In this document: positions 1 to 10,098 of the stretch, in pieces
Numbering within the stretch: position 1 is the first letter of the stretch
Layout: each line of letters opens with the position of its first letter
Source: Candidatus Gottesmanbacteria bacterium
Lineage (GTDB): Bacteria > Patescibacteriota > Microgenomatia > UBA10105 > UBA927
Assembly (NCBI GenBank): GCA_016218185.1
Contig: JACREP010000046.1
Location: 1-31,573 of the forward strand
Length of the DNA stretch: 31,573 nucleotides
Reading direction: 5' to 3'
Position numbers and translations under genes: made by a program
The notes under the pieces: model-generated
Told to the model about the DNA's origin: nothing
The model's database searches: none
The model's input: the letters and a program-made list of their open reading frames with translations, nothing else

Positions 1-375
1 GGCAGTTTAAAGCTTGATTTAGCGCAGTATCGGGAGCTTGCTGCGTTTGCTCAATTTTCAACCGATGTCGATGAGGCAACGAAAAAACAAATTGACCGCG
101 GTGCCCGGATGCTTGAACTTCTCAAGCAGGGCAGATACGAGCCAATGCAGGTAGCAGCGCAGGTTGCCATCATCTGGGCAGGGACAAAAGGGTACCTCGA
201 CGATCTTCCTGTGTCGTCCGTAGGCCAATTTGAACGGGCATTTCTTTCGTATCTTGAGCGGGCATACAAAAAAACGCTTACGGCAATTACCAGGGAACAC
301 GTGATAACCGATGATATTGAAAAATCACTGGAAAAAGCAGTATCGGAGTGTAAGAAATCATTTACCGTTAAATAA
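1..375 (+). CDS. atpA: F1Fo ATP synthase alpha subunit, C-terminal part (5' truncated by window edge)
   Basis: Frame 1 is open from base 1: GSLKLDLAQYRELAAFAQFSTD...RGARMLELLKQ, the conserved alpha C-terminal motif; stop TAA at 373-375; followed by atpG. Confidence 0.97.
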   Translation, partial: GSLKLDLAQYRELAAFAQFSTDVDEATKKQIDRGARMLELLKQGRYEPMQVAAQVAIIWAGTKGYLDDLPVSSVGQFERAFLSYLERAYKKTLTAITREHVITDDIEKSLEKAVSECKKSFTVK

Positions 376-380
376 TACGT

Positions 381-2643
<2,263 letters not shown>

Positions 2644-2650
2644 CCTATAC

Positions 2651-3082
2651 ATGACGACTTTTCTTCTTGAAATCATCAGCCCCGATCGGAAGGTATTTTC
2701 CGAAGAAGTCAATGCAGTAAGCGTTCCCACGTCACAGGGAATGATAGAAGTGCTTGCGCATCATACGCCCCTATTTTGCTCGCTTTCTCCCGGTGAGATT
2801 AAAGTGATCAGCGGAAATAAGGAGTATTTTTTAGCAGTCGGCGGGGGGTTTATGGAAGTGACCGCTCGCGGTGCCGCGGTTCTGGTATCCCGGGCATTCC
2901 ATGCTGATGAACTCAATGAATCGGAAATTAAGCGGGCAGAGGCCGCTGCCCGCGAAGCCATAGCCAAAGGCGTAAAAGGCGATGAACTGGCAGCTGCACA
3001 GGCAGTACTCCGCCGGTCACTCGTCGAGCTGAAGGTCCTCAGGCGCAAAAAATATCGATCCCCCACATTTTTGCCGTCCTAG
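2651..3082 (+). CDS. atpC: ATP synthase epsilon subunit
   Basis: LEIISPDRKVF, beta-sandwich pattern PTSQGMIEVLAHHTPL...AVGGGFMEV, helical C-terminus; follows atpD. Confidence 0.95.
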   Translation: MTTFLLEIISPDRKVFSEEVNAVSVPTSQGMIEVLAHHTPLFCSLSPGEIKVISGNKEYFLAVGGGFMEVTARGAAVLVSRAFHADELNESEIKRAEAAAREAIAKGVKGDELAAAQAVLRRSLVELKVLRRKKYRSPTFLPS

Positions 3083-3106
3083 GTTGGGTGCCCGTATTGC
3101 GTATTG

Positions 3107-3135
3107 TTGACAGAGCGAAAGCTCTGGAGTAAACT
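3107..3135 (+). promoter_or_regulatory. sigma70-type promoter of the CBS gene
   Basis: TTGACA (3107-3112), 17 bp, TAAACT (3130-3135). Spacer holds the inverted repeat CAGAGC-GAAA-GCTCTG (3111-3126). Confidence 0.7.
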
Positions 3136-3154
3136 CGCTGTGGCTGAAAATCCT

Positions 3155-3637
3155 ATGAATGTTTCGTCTGTCATGAGCCGTCGTGTGACAAAAGCACGGG
3201 AACGTACAACGTTTCGCGAGTTGTGGCGTCTTATTGTGCGCAAACGGATCAATGCAGTGCCGGTAGTTGACCGGGCGAACAAATTGGTGGGGTTGGTTAC
3301 CAAAGATGATCTTCTCAAATCCTTATACCCGGACTACCGTGAGTATCTGGATGAATTTGGGGCTTCAAATGATTATGAAGCGCTGGAGCGTAAAATCACA
3401 GACCGCATGGGGCTGAGAGCGAAAGACATCATGTGTACGCGCGTTATTTTTACGTTTGAAGACACGCCGATTATGCGCGCGCTTTCCCGCATGATCGTGC
3501 GACGGGTCAACCAATTGCCGGTATTAGTTGACGGTGGGATTCTTCTGGGGATTGTAACAAAAGGGGACATATTTAACGCACTTTTTAAAAAACATTTGCA
3601 AAAAGAGGGCCGGCCGAAAAAGAAACGCCGGGGTTGA
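3155..3637 (+). CDS. Stand-alone CBS-domain-pair protein with basic C-terminal tail
   Basis: Two CBS repeats (V..VMSRRV...INAVPVVDRANKLVGLVTKDDL; AKDIMCTRV...NQLPVLVDGGILLGIVTKGDI). ATG 3155 is preferred over the TTG 3104 start, which overlaps the promoter. Confidence 0.9.
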   Translation: MNVSSVMSRRVTKARERTTFRELWRLIVRKRINAVPVVDRANKLVGLVTKDDLLKSLYPDYREYLDEFGASNDYEALERKITDRMGLRAKDIMCTRVIFTFEDTPIMRALSRMIVRRVNQLPVLVDGGILLGIVTKGDIFNALFKKHLQKEGRPKKKRRG

Positions 3638-3662
3638 CAGGATGCTGTCAGGTAGGTATAGT
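3634..3662 (+). promoter_or_regulatory. sigma70-type promoter of the pyr operon (P-carA)
   Basis: TTGACA (3634-3639), 17 bp, TATAGT (3657-3662). Inverted repeat TGACAG-gatg-CTGTCA (3635-3650) overlaps the -35. Confidence 0.8.
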
Positions 3663-3664
3663 TT

Positions 3665-3702
3665 AATCCCAGGAGTCAAGGACGAAGCCCTGGGATTTTT
3701 TT
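3665..3702 (+). terminator. Leader hairpin plus U7 (candidate attenuator) directly before carA ATG
   Basis: AATCCCAGG (3665-3673) pairs with CCTGGGATT (3689-3697); T run 3696-3702 abuts ATG 3703. Confidence 0.6.
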
Positions 3703-4764
3703 ATGCGGAATACCTATTTGATGCTTGAAGATGGAGAAGTGATTGAGGGTGTTGGGTTTGGTGGGCAGCGTACGGCATGCGGAGAAGTTGTATTCACCAC
3801 GGGTATGACCGGTTACCCGGAAAGTCTGACCGACCCGTCATTTGCAGGTCAGATCCTTGTGTTCACCTATCCGCTCATCGGTAATTACGGGGTTCCCAAG
3901 CCACAACTTCTTGATCATCACCTGATGGCGAATTTGGAGTCCGAACGGATTCAGGTGGCGGGAGTTGTTGTTTCTTCCGACGTGGAATCCCCCTCCCATT
4001 ACCAGATGGGCAAGCCGTTTTCCGATTGGCTGGAAAGCCAGAACATATCGGGGATTAGCCATGTCGACACCAGATCGCTCACACAAAAAATCCGCGGGAA
4101 AGGGACACTGCGCGGTGTTATAACACCCGCGAAACAATTTAGTTGGGATGAGCGTGCCTTACAAAACTTAGTTGCGAAGGTAAGTCTTCCGCAAATTGTT
4201 GATTACAAACCGAAACGCTCCAACGGGAAGCGACTGCTCCTTATTGATTGCGGGGTAAAGCACGCAATATTGCGGGAACTTCTGCATCGCGGGTATGCGG
4301 TGAAGCGGATTCCCTGGGACACTGATCCTTTGCCTTTTACTCACGGGATTGATGGTGTGGTCTGCTCCAACGGTCCGGGAGATCCCAAGGACTGCGGGGC
4401 AACGGTAGTCAATATCAAAAAACTTCTCAACAAAAAAATCCCCTTTTTAGGCATTTGTTTAGGCCATCAGCTGTTGGCGTTGGCGGTGGGAGCGGACACC
4501 TATAAACTTCCCTACGGTCACCGAGGGCTTAACCAGCCGTGTCAGGACGTTACCACAGGCCGTGCGTATGTTACGTCACAAAATCATGGATATGCAGTCA
4601 ATCGGAAGACCATCCCTAAGGGTTTTACGGAATGGTTTGTAAATCTCAATGATGGCACAAATGAAGGGCTGGTAAGCGCAAAGCAGAAAATTTGGAGTAC
4701 CCAGTTTCACCCGGAAGGAAATCCCGGACCGTCCGACACAAACTGGATATTTTCATTACTATAG
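3703..4764 (+). CDS. carA: Carbamoyl-phosphate synthase small (glutaminase) subunit
   Basis: GEVVFTTGMTGYPESLTDPSFAGQIL, SNGPGDP, nucleophile GICLGHQ, HRGLNQP, TSQNHGYAV, QFHPE. Confidence 0.98.
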   Translation: MRNTYLMLEDGEVIEGVGFGGQRTACGEVVFTTGMTGYPESLTDPSFAGQILVFTYPLIGNYGVPKPQLLDHHLMANLESERIQVAGVVVSSDVESPSHYQMGKPFSDWLESQNISGISHVDTRSLTQKIRGKGTLRGVITPAKQFSWDERALQNLVAKVSLPQIVDYKPKRSNGKRLLLIDCGVKHAILRELLHRGYAVKRIPWDTDPLPFTHGIDGVVCSNGPGDPKDCGATVVNIKKLLNKKIPFLGICLGHQLLALAVGADTYKLPYGHRGLNQPCQDVTTGRAYVTSQNHGYAVNRKTIPKGFTEWFVNLNDGTNEGLVSAKQKIWSTQFHPEGNPGPSDTNWIFSLL

Positions 4765-4766
4765 AC

Positions 4767-4829
4767 ACCTTTAAAGGTGAGACCTTGTTAATTACTGTAT
4801 TGAGGCTGACCTTTAAAGGTCTCACCTTG
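4767..4829. repeat. Two 21-bp nested-palindrome units (ACCTTTAAAGGT-NNN-ACCTTG), 42-bp period
   Basis: ACCTTTAAAGGTgagACCTTG at 4767-4787 and ACCTTTAAAGGTctcACCTTG at 4809-4829; 4774-4786 is the exact reverse complement of 4816-4828. Confidence 0.85.
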
Positions 4830-4837
4830 ACGAGTAT

Positions 4838-7800
4838 ATGAAAAAAATACTTTTACTTGGATCTGGAGCCCTGAAAATCGGCGAAGCCGGTGAGTTTGAT
4901 TATTCCGGAACACAGGCCATTAAAGCACTCAAGGAAGAAGGCCGCGACGTCATCCTGGTCAATCCGAACATTGCCACCATTCAAACGTCCGAAGGGTTAG
5001 CCGACCGTGTGTATTTTTTGCCGGTGACACCTGATTTTGTAGAAAGAGTAATTACCAAAGAGAGGCCGGACGCAATTCTCCTTTCATTCGGAGGGCAAAC
5101 GGCGCTCAATTGCGGCATAGGGCTCTATACGAAAGGAGTTTTGAAACGCAATAATGTGGAAATTTTAGGTACGCCGATGGCGACGATCATCGATACCGAA
5201 GACCGTGAACTGTTTGCCAAGCGGCTGCAGCGCATCGGCCTTGCGACCGCCAAAGGGGTGACGGTAAAAAGTGTCAAAGAGGGTGTAGCATATGCCGAAA
5301 CGTTCGGCTATCCGATTATGCTTCGCACGGGATTTGCCCTTGGTGGTACGGGAAGCGGGATCGCGCGAAGCAGGCGTGAACTTGAGGCAATTCTTAGCAA
5401 TGCATTTGCGGCGACGTCGCAAGTTATTTTGGAAGAATGTTTATACGGGTGGAAAGAAGTGGAATATGAGGTTATGCGGGATTGCAGGGATAACTGTATT
5501 ACGGTATGTAACATGGAAAATTTTGACCCTGTCGGCATCCATACCGGCGAATCGGTTGTCGTGGCGCCTTCGCAAACATTAAACGATGATGAATACTACC
5601 AATTGCGGCAGATATCCATCGATACAATTCGGGAACTGGGGATCGTCGGAGAATGCAATATCCAGTTTGCACTGCATCCCAAAACCGGGCAGTACCGTAT
5701 TATCGAAGTCAACGCGCGGCTTTCGCGGTCAAGTGCCCTTGCTTCCAAAGCAACAGGGTACCCGCTGGCGTATATTGCAGCAAAACTCGCACTCGGCAAG
5801 ACCCTTCCGGAACTTCGAAATAGCGTCACTGGGAGTACGAGTGCTTTTTTTGAACCGGCGCTTGACTATGTGGTAGTAAAAATTCCCCGTTGGGATCTGG
5901 AAAAATATGAAGGCGTAGATCCAACCATCGGTAGCGAGATGAAAAGCGTCGGCGAGGTGATGGCGATTGCCCGGACGTTTAAGGAAGCGGTACAGAAGGC
6001 GGTTCGTATGCTGGGACAGGGCTACGAGGGTGTTATTGACGAGGATGCGCTGCGGCAGAGCAGGATTATGTTGCGAAAGCGACTCGCCACGCCTGATGCC
6101 AAGCGGATGTTTGTCATTGGCGCGGCATTGGCCCGCGGAATTACGGTTGACGAAATAGCCAAGCTCACCGGTATTGACCCCTGGTATCTCTCTTCTTTGG
6201 AACGCATCGTGTTTACTTACCAAAAACTCAAGAAGTCAAAAATACTCCCGCGTGAGCTCCTTGCTGAAGCCAAACGACAGGGATTTTCGGATATTCAGAT
6301 CGCACATCTTCGATCAACGACGGAAGATTCTATTCGTTCACTTCGAAAAAAACTCGGCGTGAAGCCGTGCGTCAAGCGCATCGATACCATGGCGGGTGAG
6401 TTTCCGGCCAAAACGAACTATCTGTACATGACGTACGCGGCCGGTCAATCAGACCATCTGCCTACGTCCAAGGAAAAAAAGGTCATTGTGTTGGGGAGCG
6501 GCCCGTATGCTATCGGCACCTCAGTGGAGTTTGATTGGTGTGCCGTCAATACCGTGACAACCGTGAGGGATCAGGGCAAAAAGACCGTCATGGTCAATTG
6601 CAACCCGGAAACCGTATCAACGGACTATGATTACAGCGACTATCTTTATTTTGAGGAATTAAGCCTTGAGCGTGTTCTGGATATTTATGATTTGGAAAAG
6701 TCGCCGTTTATTCTCTCCGTCGGCGGTCAGATTCCCAATAACCTCGCGCCGAAGCTTGCGGCGTGTGGCATACCCATTCTTGGTTCCGATGCAAAAATTA
6801 TTGAACAGGCAGAAAACCGTCATATATTTAGTAAGCTTTTGGATACACTCGGAGTGGCGCAGCCGGCATGGGGGGAATCTCACTCTATACGTCAGTCGGT
6901 CCGTATGGCGCGTTCCATAGGATTTCCCATACTTTTACGGCCGTCATTCGTGCTTTCGGGTAAAGCCATGCTGGTTATAGAAAAAGAAGAGCTGTTAGTT
7001 TCGTATTTAAAGTCGCTTGATCTGGATATTGGCAAACATCCTCTCGTGATGACGAGATTTTTGCAGGGCGCCATGGAATGTGATATGGACGGGGTTGCAA
7101 AAGAAGGACGCATACTGATTTGGGCCATATCGGAGCATGTAGAACACGGGGGGGTCCACTCCGGTGACGCGACTATGGTATTGCCGCCGCATTCCTTGCC
7201 CGACAGCGTGCGGGAAAATATCGTGAAGAATGCAGGTGCAATTGTGGCGACATTGGGGGTTAACGGGCCGTTCAACATCCAATTTTTAGTTTCTGACGGC
7301 AAGCCGTACGTGATAGAATGCAATCTGCGCGCTTCCCGAAGTTTCCCGTTTGTCAGTAAAACGCTTCGACAAAATTTTATCCGGATCGCCACACAGGTCG
7401 CGTTGGGGAACGGCGTGACGGTACCGGTAAAAAAAACGAAGCCTTCGTACGTGTGTGTGAAAGTGCCTCAATTTTCCTTCAAGCGGCTGCGCGGCGCTGA
7501 TCCGGTGCTTCGTGTGGAAATGAGCTCAACCGGGGAAGTGGCTGCATTTGGGGTTGATGTGCATGAAGCATATCTGAAGGCGTTGCTTGCCACGGGTTTG
7601 CGTTTTCCGGATAAAAAGACTGTATTTTTGAGCCTTGGGGGAGGAGGCGGTAAACTATCGTTTCTCGCGGGCGCAGCGTGCCTTCGGCGTTTGGGTTTTA
7701 CGTTATTTGCCACACGGGGTACTTATGAATTTTTGAATGAACACAACATACCGTCCCGGTTAGTGGGAAAACTTCATGAGGGGATACATCCGAATTTCGT

Positions 7801-8044
7801 GGACCTCCTGAAGGATAAAACCGTTGGGTTTTCCGTGGTTTTGCCTGAACGCTTTACGGATAACACCAGGACAGAAGTGACCAAGGGGATAAGCGACGGC
7901 TATATTATGCGCCGGATGTCCATAGATATGGGAATTCCTATATTTACCAACGCACAATCCGCATACCTGTTCGTAGAATCCATGGAGCGTTACCAGATTT
8001 CGGATCTGGAAATAAAACACTGGTCGGAGTATAAAGGAGAATAG
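4838..8044 (+). CDS. carB: Carbamoyl-phosphate synthase large subunit
   Basis: GSGALKIGEAGEFDYSG, two ATP-grasp halves (GIHTGES, EVNARLSRSS; GVHSGDA, ECNLRASRS), C-terminal MGS-like domain; 1068 aa. Confidence 0.99.
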   Translation: MKKILLLGSGALKIGEAGEFDYSGTQAIKALKEEGRDVILVNPNIATIQTSEGLADRVYFLPVTPDFVERVITKERPDAILLSFGGQTALNCGIGLYTKGVLKRNNVEILGTPMATIIDTEDRELFAKRLQRIGLATAKGVTVKSVKEGVAYAETFGYPIMLRTGFALGGTGSGIARSRRELEAILSNAFAATSQVILEECLYGWKEVEYEVMRDCRDNCITVCNMENFDPVGIHTGESVVVAPSQTLNDDEYYQLRQISIDTIRELGIVGECNIQFALHPKTGQYRIIEVNARLSRSSALASKATGYPLAYIAAKLALGKTLPELRNSVTGSTSAFFEPALDYVVVKIPRWDLEKYEGVDPTIGSEMKSVGEVMAIARTFKEAVQKAVRMLGQGYEGVIDEDALRQSRIMLRKRLATPDAKRMFVIGAALARGITVDEIAKLTGIDPWYLSSLERIVFTYQKLKKSKILPRELLAEAKRQGFSDIQIAHLRSTTEDSIRSLRKKLGVKPCVKRIDTMAGEFPAKTNYLYMTYAAGQSDHLPTSKEKKVIVLGSGPYAIGTSVEFDWCAVNTVTTVRDQGKKTVMVNCNPETVSTDYDYSDYLYFEELSLERVLDIYDLEKSPFILSVGGQIPNNLAPKLAACGIPILGSDAKIIEQAENRHIFSKLLDTLGVAQPAWGESHSIRQSVRMARSIGFPILLRPSFVLSGKAMLVIEKEELLVSYLKSLDLDIGKHPLVMTRFLQGAMECDMDGVAKEGRILIWAISEHVEHGGVHSGDATMVLPPHSLPDSVRENIVKNAGAIVATLGVNGPFNIQFLVSDGKPYVIECNLRASRSFPFVSKTLRQNFIRIATQVALGNGVTVPVKKTKPSYVCVKVPQFSFKRLRGADPVLRVEMSSTGEVAAFGVDVHEAYLKALLATGLRFPDKKTVFLSLGGGGGKLSFLAGAACLRRLGFTLFATRGTYEFLNEHNIPSRLVGKLHEGIHPNFVDLLKDKTVGFSVVLPERFTDNTRTEVTKGISDGYIMRRMSIDMGIPIFTNAQSAYLFVESMERYQISDLEIKHWSEYKGE

Positions 8045-8066
8045 TACGACACAGTACTTAAACATA

Positions 8067-8099
8067 GACAAATACAGTTGCGACCGGAGTTGTATTTGT
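8067..8099. repeat. Palindrome ACAAAT-N20-ATTTGT, third copy of the PaaX-flanking element
   Basis: GACAAATACAGTTGCGACCGGAGTTGTATTTGT matches the reverse complement of the element at 15518-15563 at 26/33 positions without gaps; could also fold as a 12-bp RNA stem with G-U pairs. Confidence 0.75.
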
Positions 8100-8106
8100 A
8101 TAAGTT
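8078..8106 (+). promoter_or_regulatory. Putative internal promoter for pyrB and downstream genes
   Basis: TTGCGA (8078-8083), 17 bp, TAAGTT (8101-8106); overlaps the palindrome at 8067-8099. Confidence 0.4.
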
Positions 8107-8119
8107 TATGAACGATACC

Positions 8120-9046
8120 ATGTTTTTTCAACGAGACATTCTGACCAGTGATCAGTTTACCAAGGCCGAGGTTGGGCTTATTATTGAAAAGGCAAGAGTA
8201 ATGCGGAATTTGGTGGCAAGACAGGGAACCACAGATATTCTCAAGGGGAAGATTATGACAGCGCTTTTTTATGAGCCTTCAAGCCGCACGTTCGGGTCAT
8301 TCATCGCTGCAATGCAGCGGTTGGGAGGAGGGATTATTCCGCTCCAGGGAGTGGTGTATTCATCCGTTGCCAAAGGGGAAAGCTTGCCCGATACCGTGCG
8401 GACGTTTGCCAGCTTTTCGGATATCATTGTGCTTCGCCACCCGACCGTGGGAGCCAGCCATACGGCGGCAGATGCCACAGACGTGCCGGTGATCAATGCC
8501 GGTGACGGCCCGGGCGAGCACCCGACCCAGGCGCTTCTTGATTTTTTTACGATCATGGATCGATTCGGCAAGGTTGATGGCCTGACAATAACCTTAGTCG
8601 GTGACCTGAAAAACGGCAGAACCGTGCATTCGCTCCTCACTCTTTTGTCGTTATACCGACCCAAAAGGGTAAATTTGGTGTCCCCATCTGTTCTTCCCAT
8701 GCCAGCCGAGCGGCTGCAAAAAGCAAAACAAGCGAGGATTGCGATTTCCGAAACGGACAGACTGGAGGAAGTTCTGGCAACAACGGATGTTCTCTACGTC
8801 ACTCGCGTACAAAAGGAACGCTTTGCCGACCTTGATGTCTATGAGAGGGTAAAGCACGCGTATGTGATTACCCCCGAGACAATGAAACATCTTAATAAAA
8901 ACGCAATCCTCATGCACCCGTTCCCGCGTGTGGGAGAAATTGCCACAGAAGTGGACAGCGATCCGCGGGCAGTGTACCTGACCCGGCAGATCCCCAACGG
9001 CATGTACGTGCGCATGGCGTTGCTTTCACTTATTTTATGTCGCTGA
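8120..9046 (+). CDS. pyrB: Aspartate carbamoyltransferase catalytic subunit
   Basis: FYEPSSRT, SSVAKGES, RHP, NAGDGPGEHPTQALLD, GDLKNGRTVHSL, HPFPR, NGMYVRMALL. Start is ATG 8120 or ATG 8108 rather than TTG 8078. Confidence 0.97.
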   Translation: MFFQRDILTSDQFTKAEVGLIIEKARVMRNLVARQGTTDILKGKIMTALFYEPSSRTFGSFIAAMQRLGGGIIPLQGVVYSSVAKGESLPDTVRTFASFSDIIVLRHPTVGASHTAADATDVPVINAGDGPGEHPTQALLDFFTIMDRFGKVDGLTITLVGDLKNGRTVHSLLTLLSLYRPKRVNLVSPSVLPMPAERLQKAKQARIAISETDRLEEVLATTDVLYVTRVQKERFADLDVYERVKHAYVITPETMKHLNKNAILMHPFPRVGEIATEVDSDPRAVYLTRQIPNGMYVRMALLSLILCR

Positions 9047-10077
9047 CACGGTTTCCCGGATTTATTGACGTGCACGTACACCTTCGTGAACCCGGTGCAA
9101 CAAACAAAGAGGATTTTACCAGCGGATCGCGGGCGGCAGTGAAAGGTGGGTTTACCTACGTCCTTGACATGCCAAATAATCCGGGTGCTCCCACCATTAC
9201 ACCCGAACGATTGGAGGAAAAAATTCGATTGGCCGGTCAAAAAGCAATTTGCGACGTGGGATTTCATTACGGCACGGACGGACACAATGTCAACACATTC
9301 CCTACAGTTTGGCAAAACCCGTATGTGTATGGTCTGAAAGCATATTGTGATCACACCACAGGCGAACTGCTTATAGAAGATGAGATGCAACTTGAACACG
9401 TATTTAAGGCATGGAACAGCGAGAAGCCGATACTCGTTCATGGACAGGGCGAGACCCTGTCAACGTGCATAGAACTTGCTCAGACGTTTGCGCGTCGGCT
9501 CCATGTCTGTCATGTCGCCACAAAAGAAGATGTAGAAGTTATTCGGGAAGCAAAAAAGAAGAAGCAACTGGTAACTGCAGGGATTACTCTCCACCACCTG
9601 TTTCTTTCTCCTGCTGATGTGAAGCGATTGGGAAATTTTGCGTTGGTAAAGCCTGAAATCGGAGGAAAAGAAGATCAGAATATTCTGTGGGAAGCGCTTC
9701 AAGACGGTACGATTGACCTTGTTGAGTCTGATCACGCTCCGCATACCAAGAAAGAGAAAAAACGTACCAGTCCGCCGTTTGGTGTGCCGGGACTGGAGAC
9801 TACGTTGGGATTGTTATGGAAGGCAGTGCACGAGGGAAAGCTGGAGCAGGCGGATATTATTCGTCTTCTGTATGATAATCCGAAGAAAATTTTTAATATT
9901 CCGGATCAGCCCGCTACGTATATTGCGCTTGATCCGAAAAAGCCTTACGTTGTTGGACATGACGGCTATGAAACCAAATGTGGCTGGAGTCCGTTTGATG
10001 GGTGGGAATTGTATGGCAAAGCCGAAACCGTTGTCTTGCGCGGCAAAACCCTTGTCCAAGCCGGTCGTCTCGTATAG
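9037..10077 (+). CDS. pyrC: Dihydroorotase, CAD-like type
   Basis: DVHVHLREPG, KEDFTSG, DMPN, GLKAY (carboxylated-Lys position), VHG, CHV, SDHAPH, PGLET; overlaps pyrB by 10 nt. Confidence 0.96.
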   Translation: MSLTRFPGFIDVHVHLREPGATNKEDFTSGSRAAVKGGFTYVLDMPNNPGAPTITPERLEEKIRLAGQKAICDVGFHYGTDGHNVNTFPTVWQNPYVYGLKAYCDHTTGELLIEDEMQLEHVFKAWNSEKPILVHGQGETLSTCIELAQTFARRLHVCHVATKEDVEVIREAKKKKQLVTAGITLHHLFLSPADVKRLGNFALVKPEIGGKEDQNILWEALQDGTIDLVESDHAPHTKKEKKRTSPPFGVPGLETTLGLLWKAVHEGKLEQADIIRLLYDNPKKIFNIPDQPATYIALDPKKPYVVGHDGYETKCGWSPFDGWELYGKAETVVLRGKTLVQAGRLV

Positions 10078-10098
10078 CATGAGAGAAAGGGATCAACT

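Noticed and set aside
3663-3702. PyrR-binding loop in the carA leader; upp as pyrR
   Set aside because: No ARUCCAGAGAGGYU-like motif and the leader is too short; 13954-14583 has Upp signatures (DPMLATGGS, GLGDFGDRYFGT).
4700-4764. carA truncated or pseudogene (ends soon after FHPE)
   Set aside because: All catalytic motifs are present; only a few terminal residues are short.
9025-9046. Programmed -1 frameshift fusing PyrB to PyrC (10-nt overlap)
   Set aside because: No X_XXY_YYZ slippery heptamer or stimulatory structure; pyrC has its own ATG at 9037.
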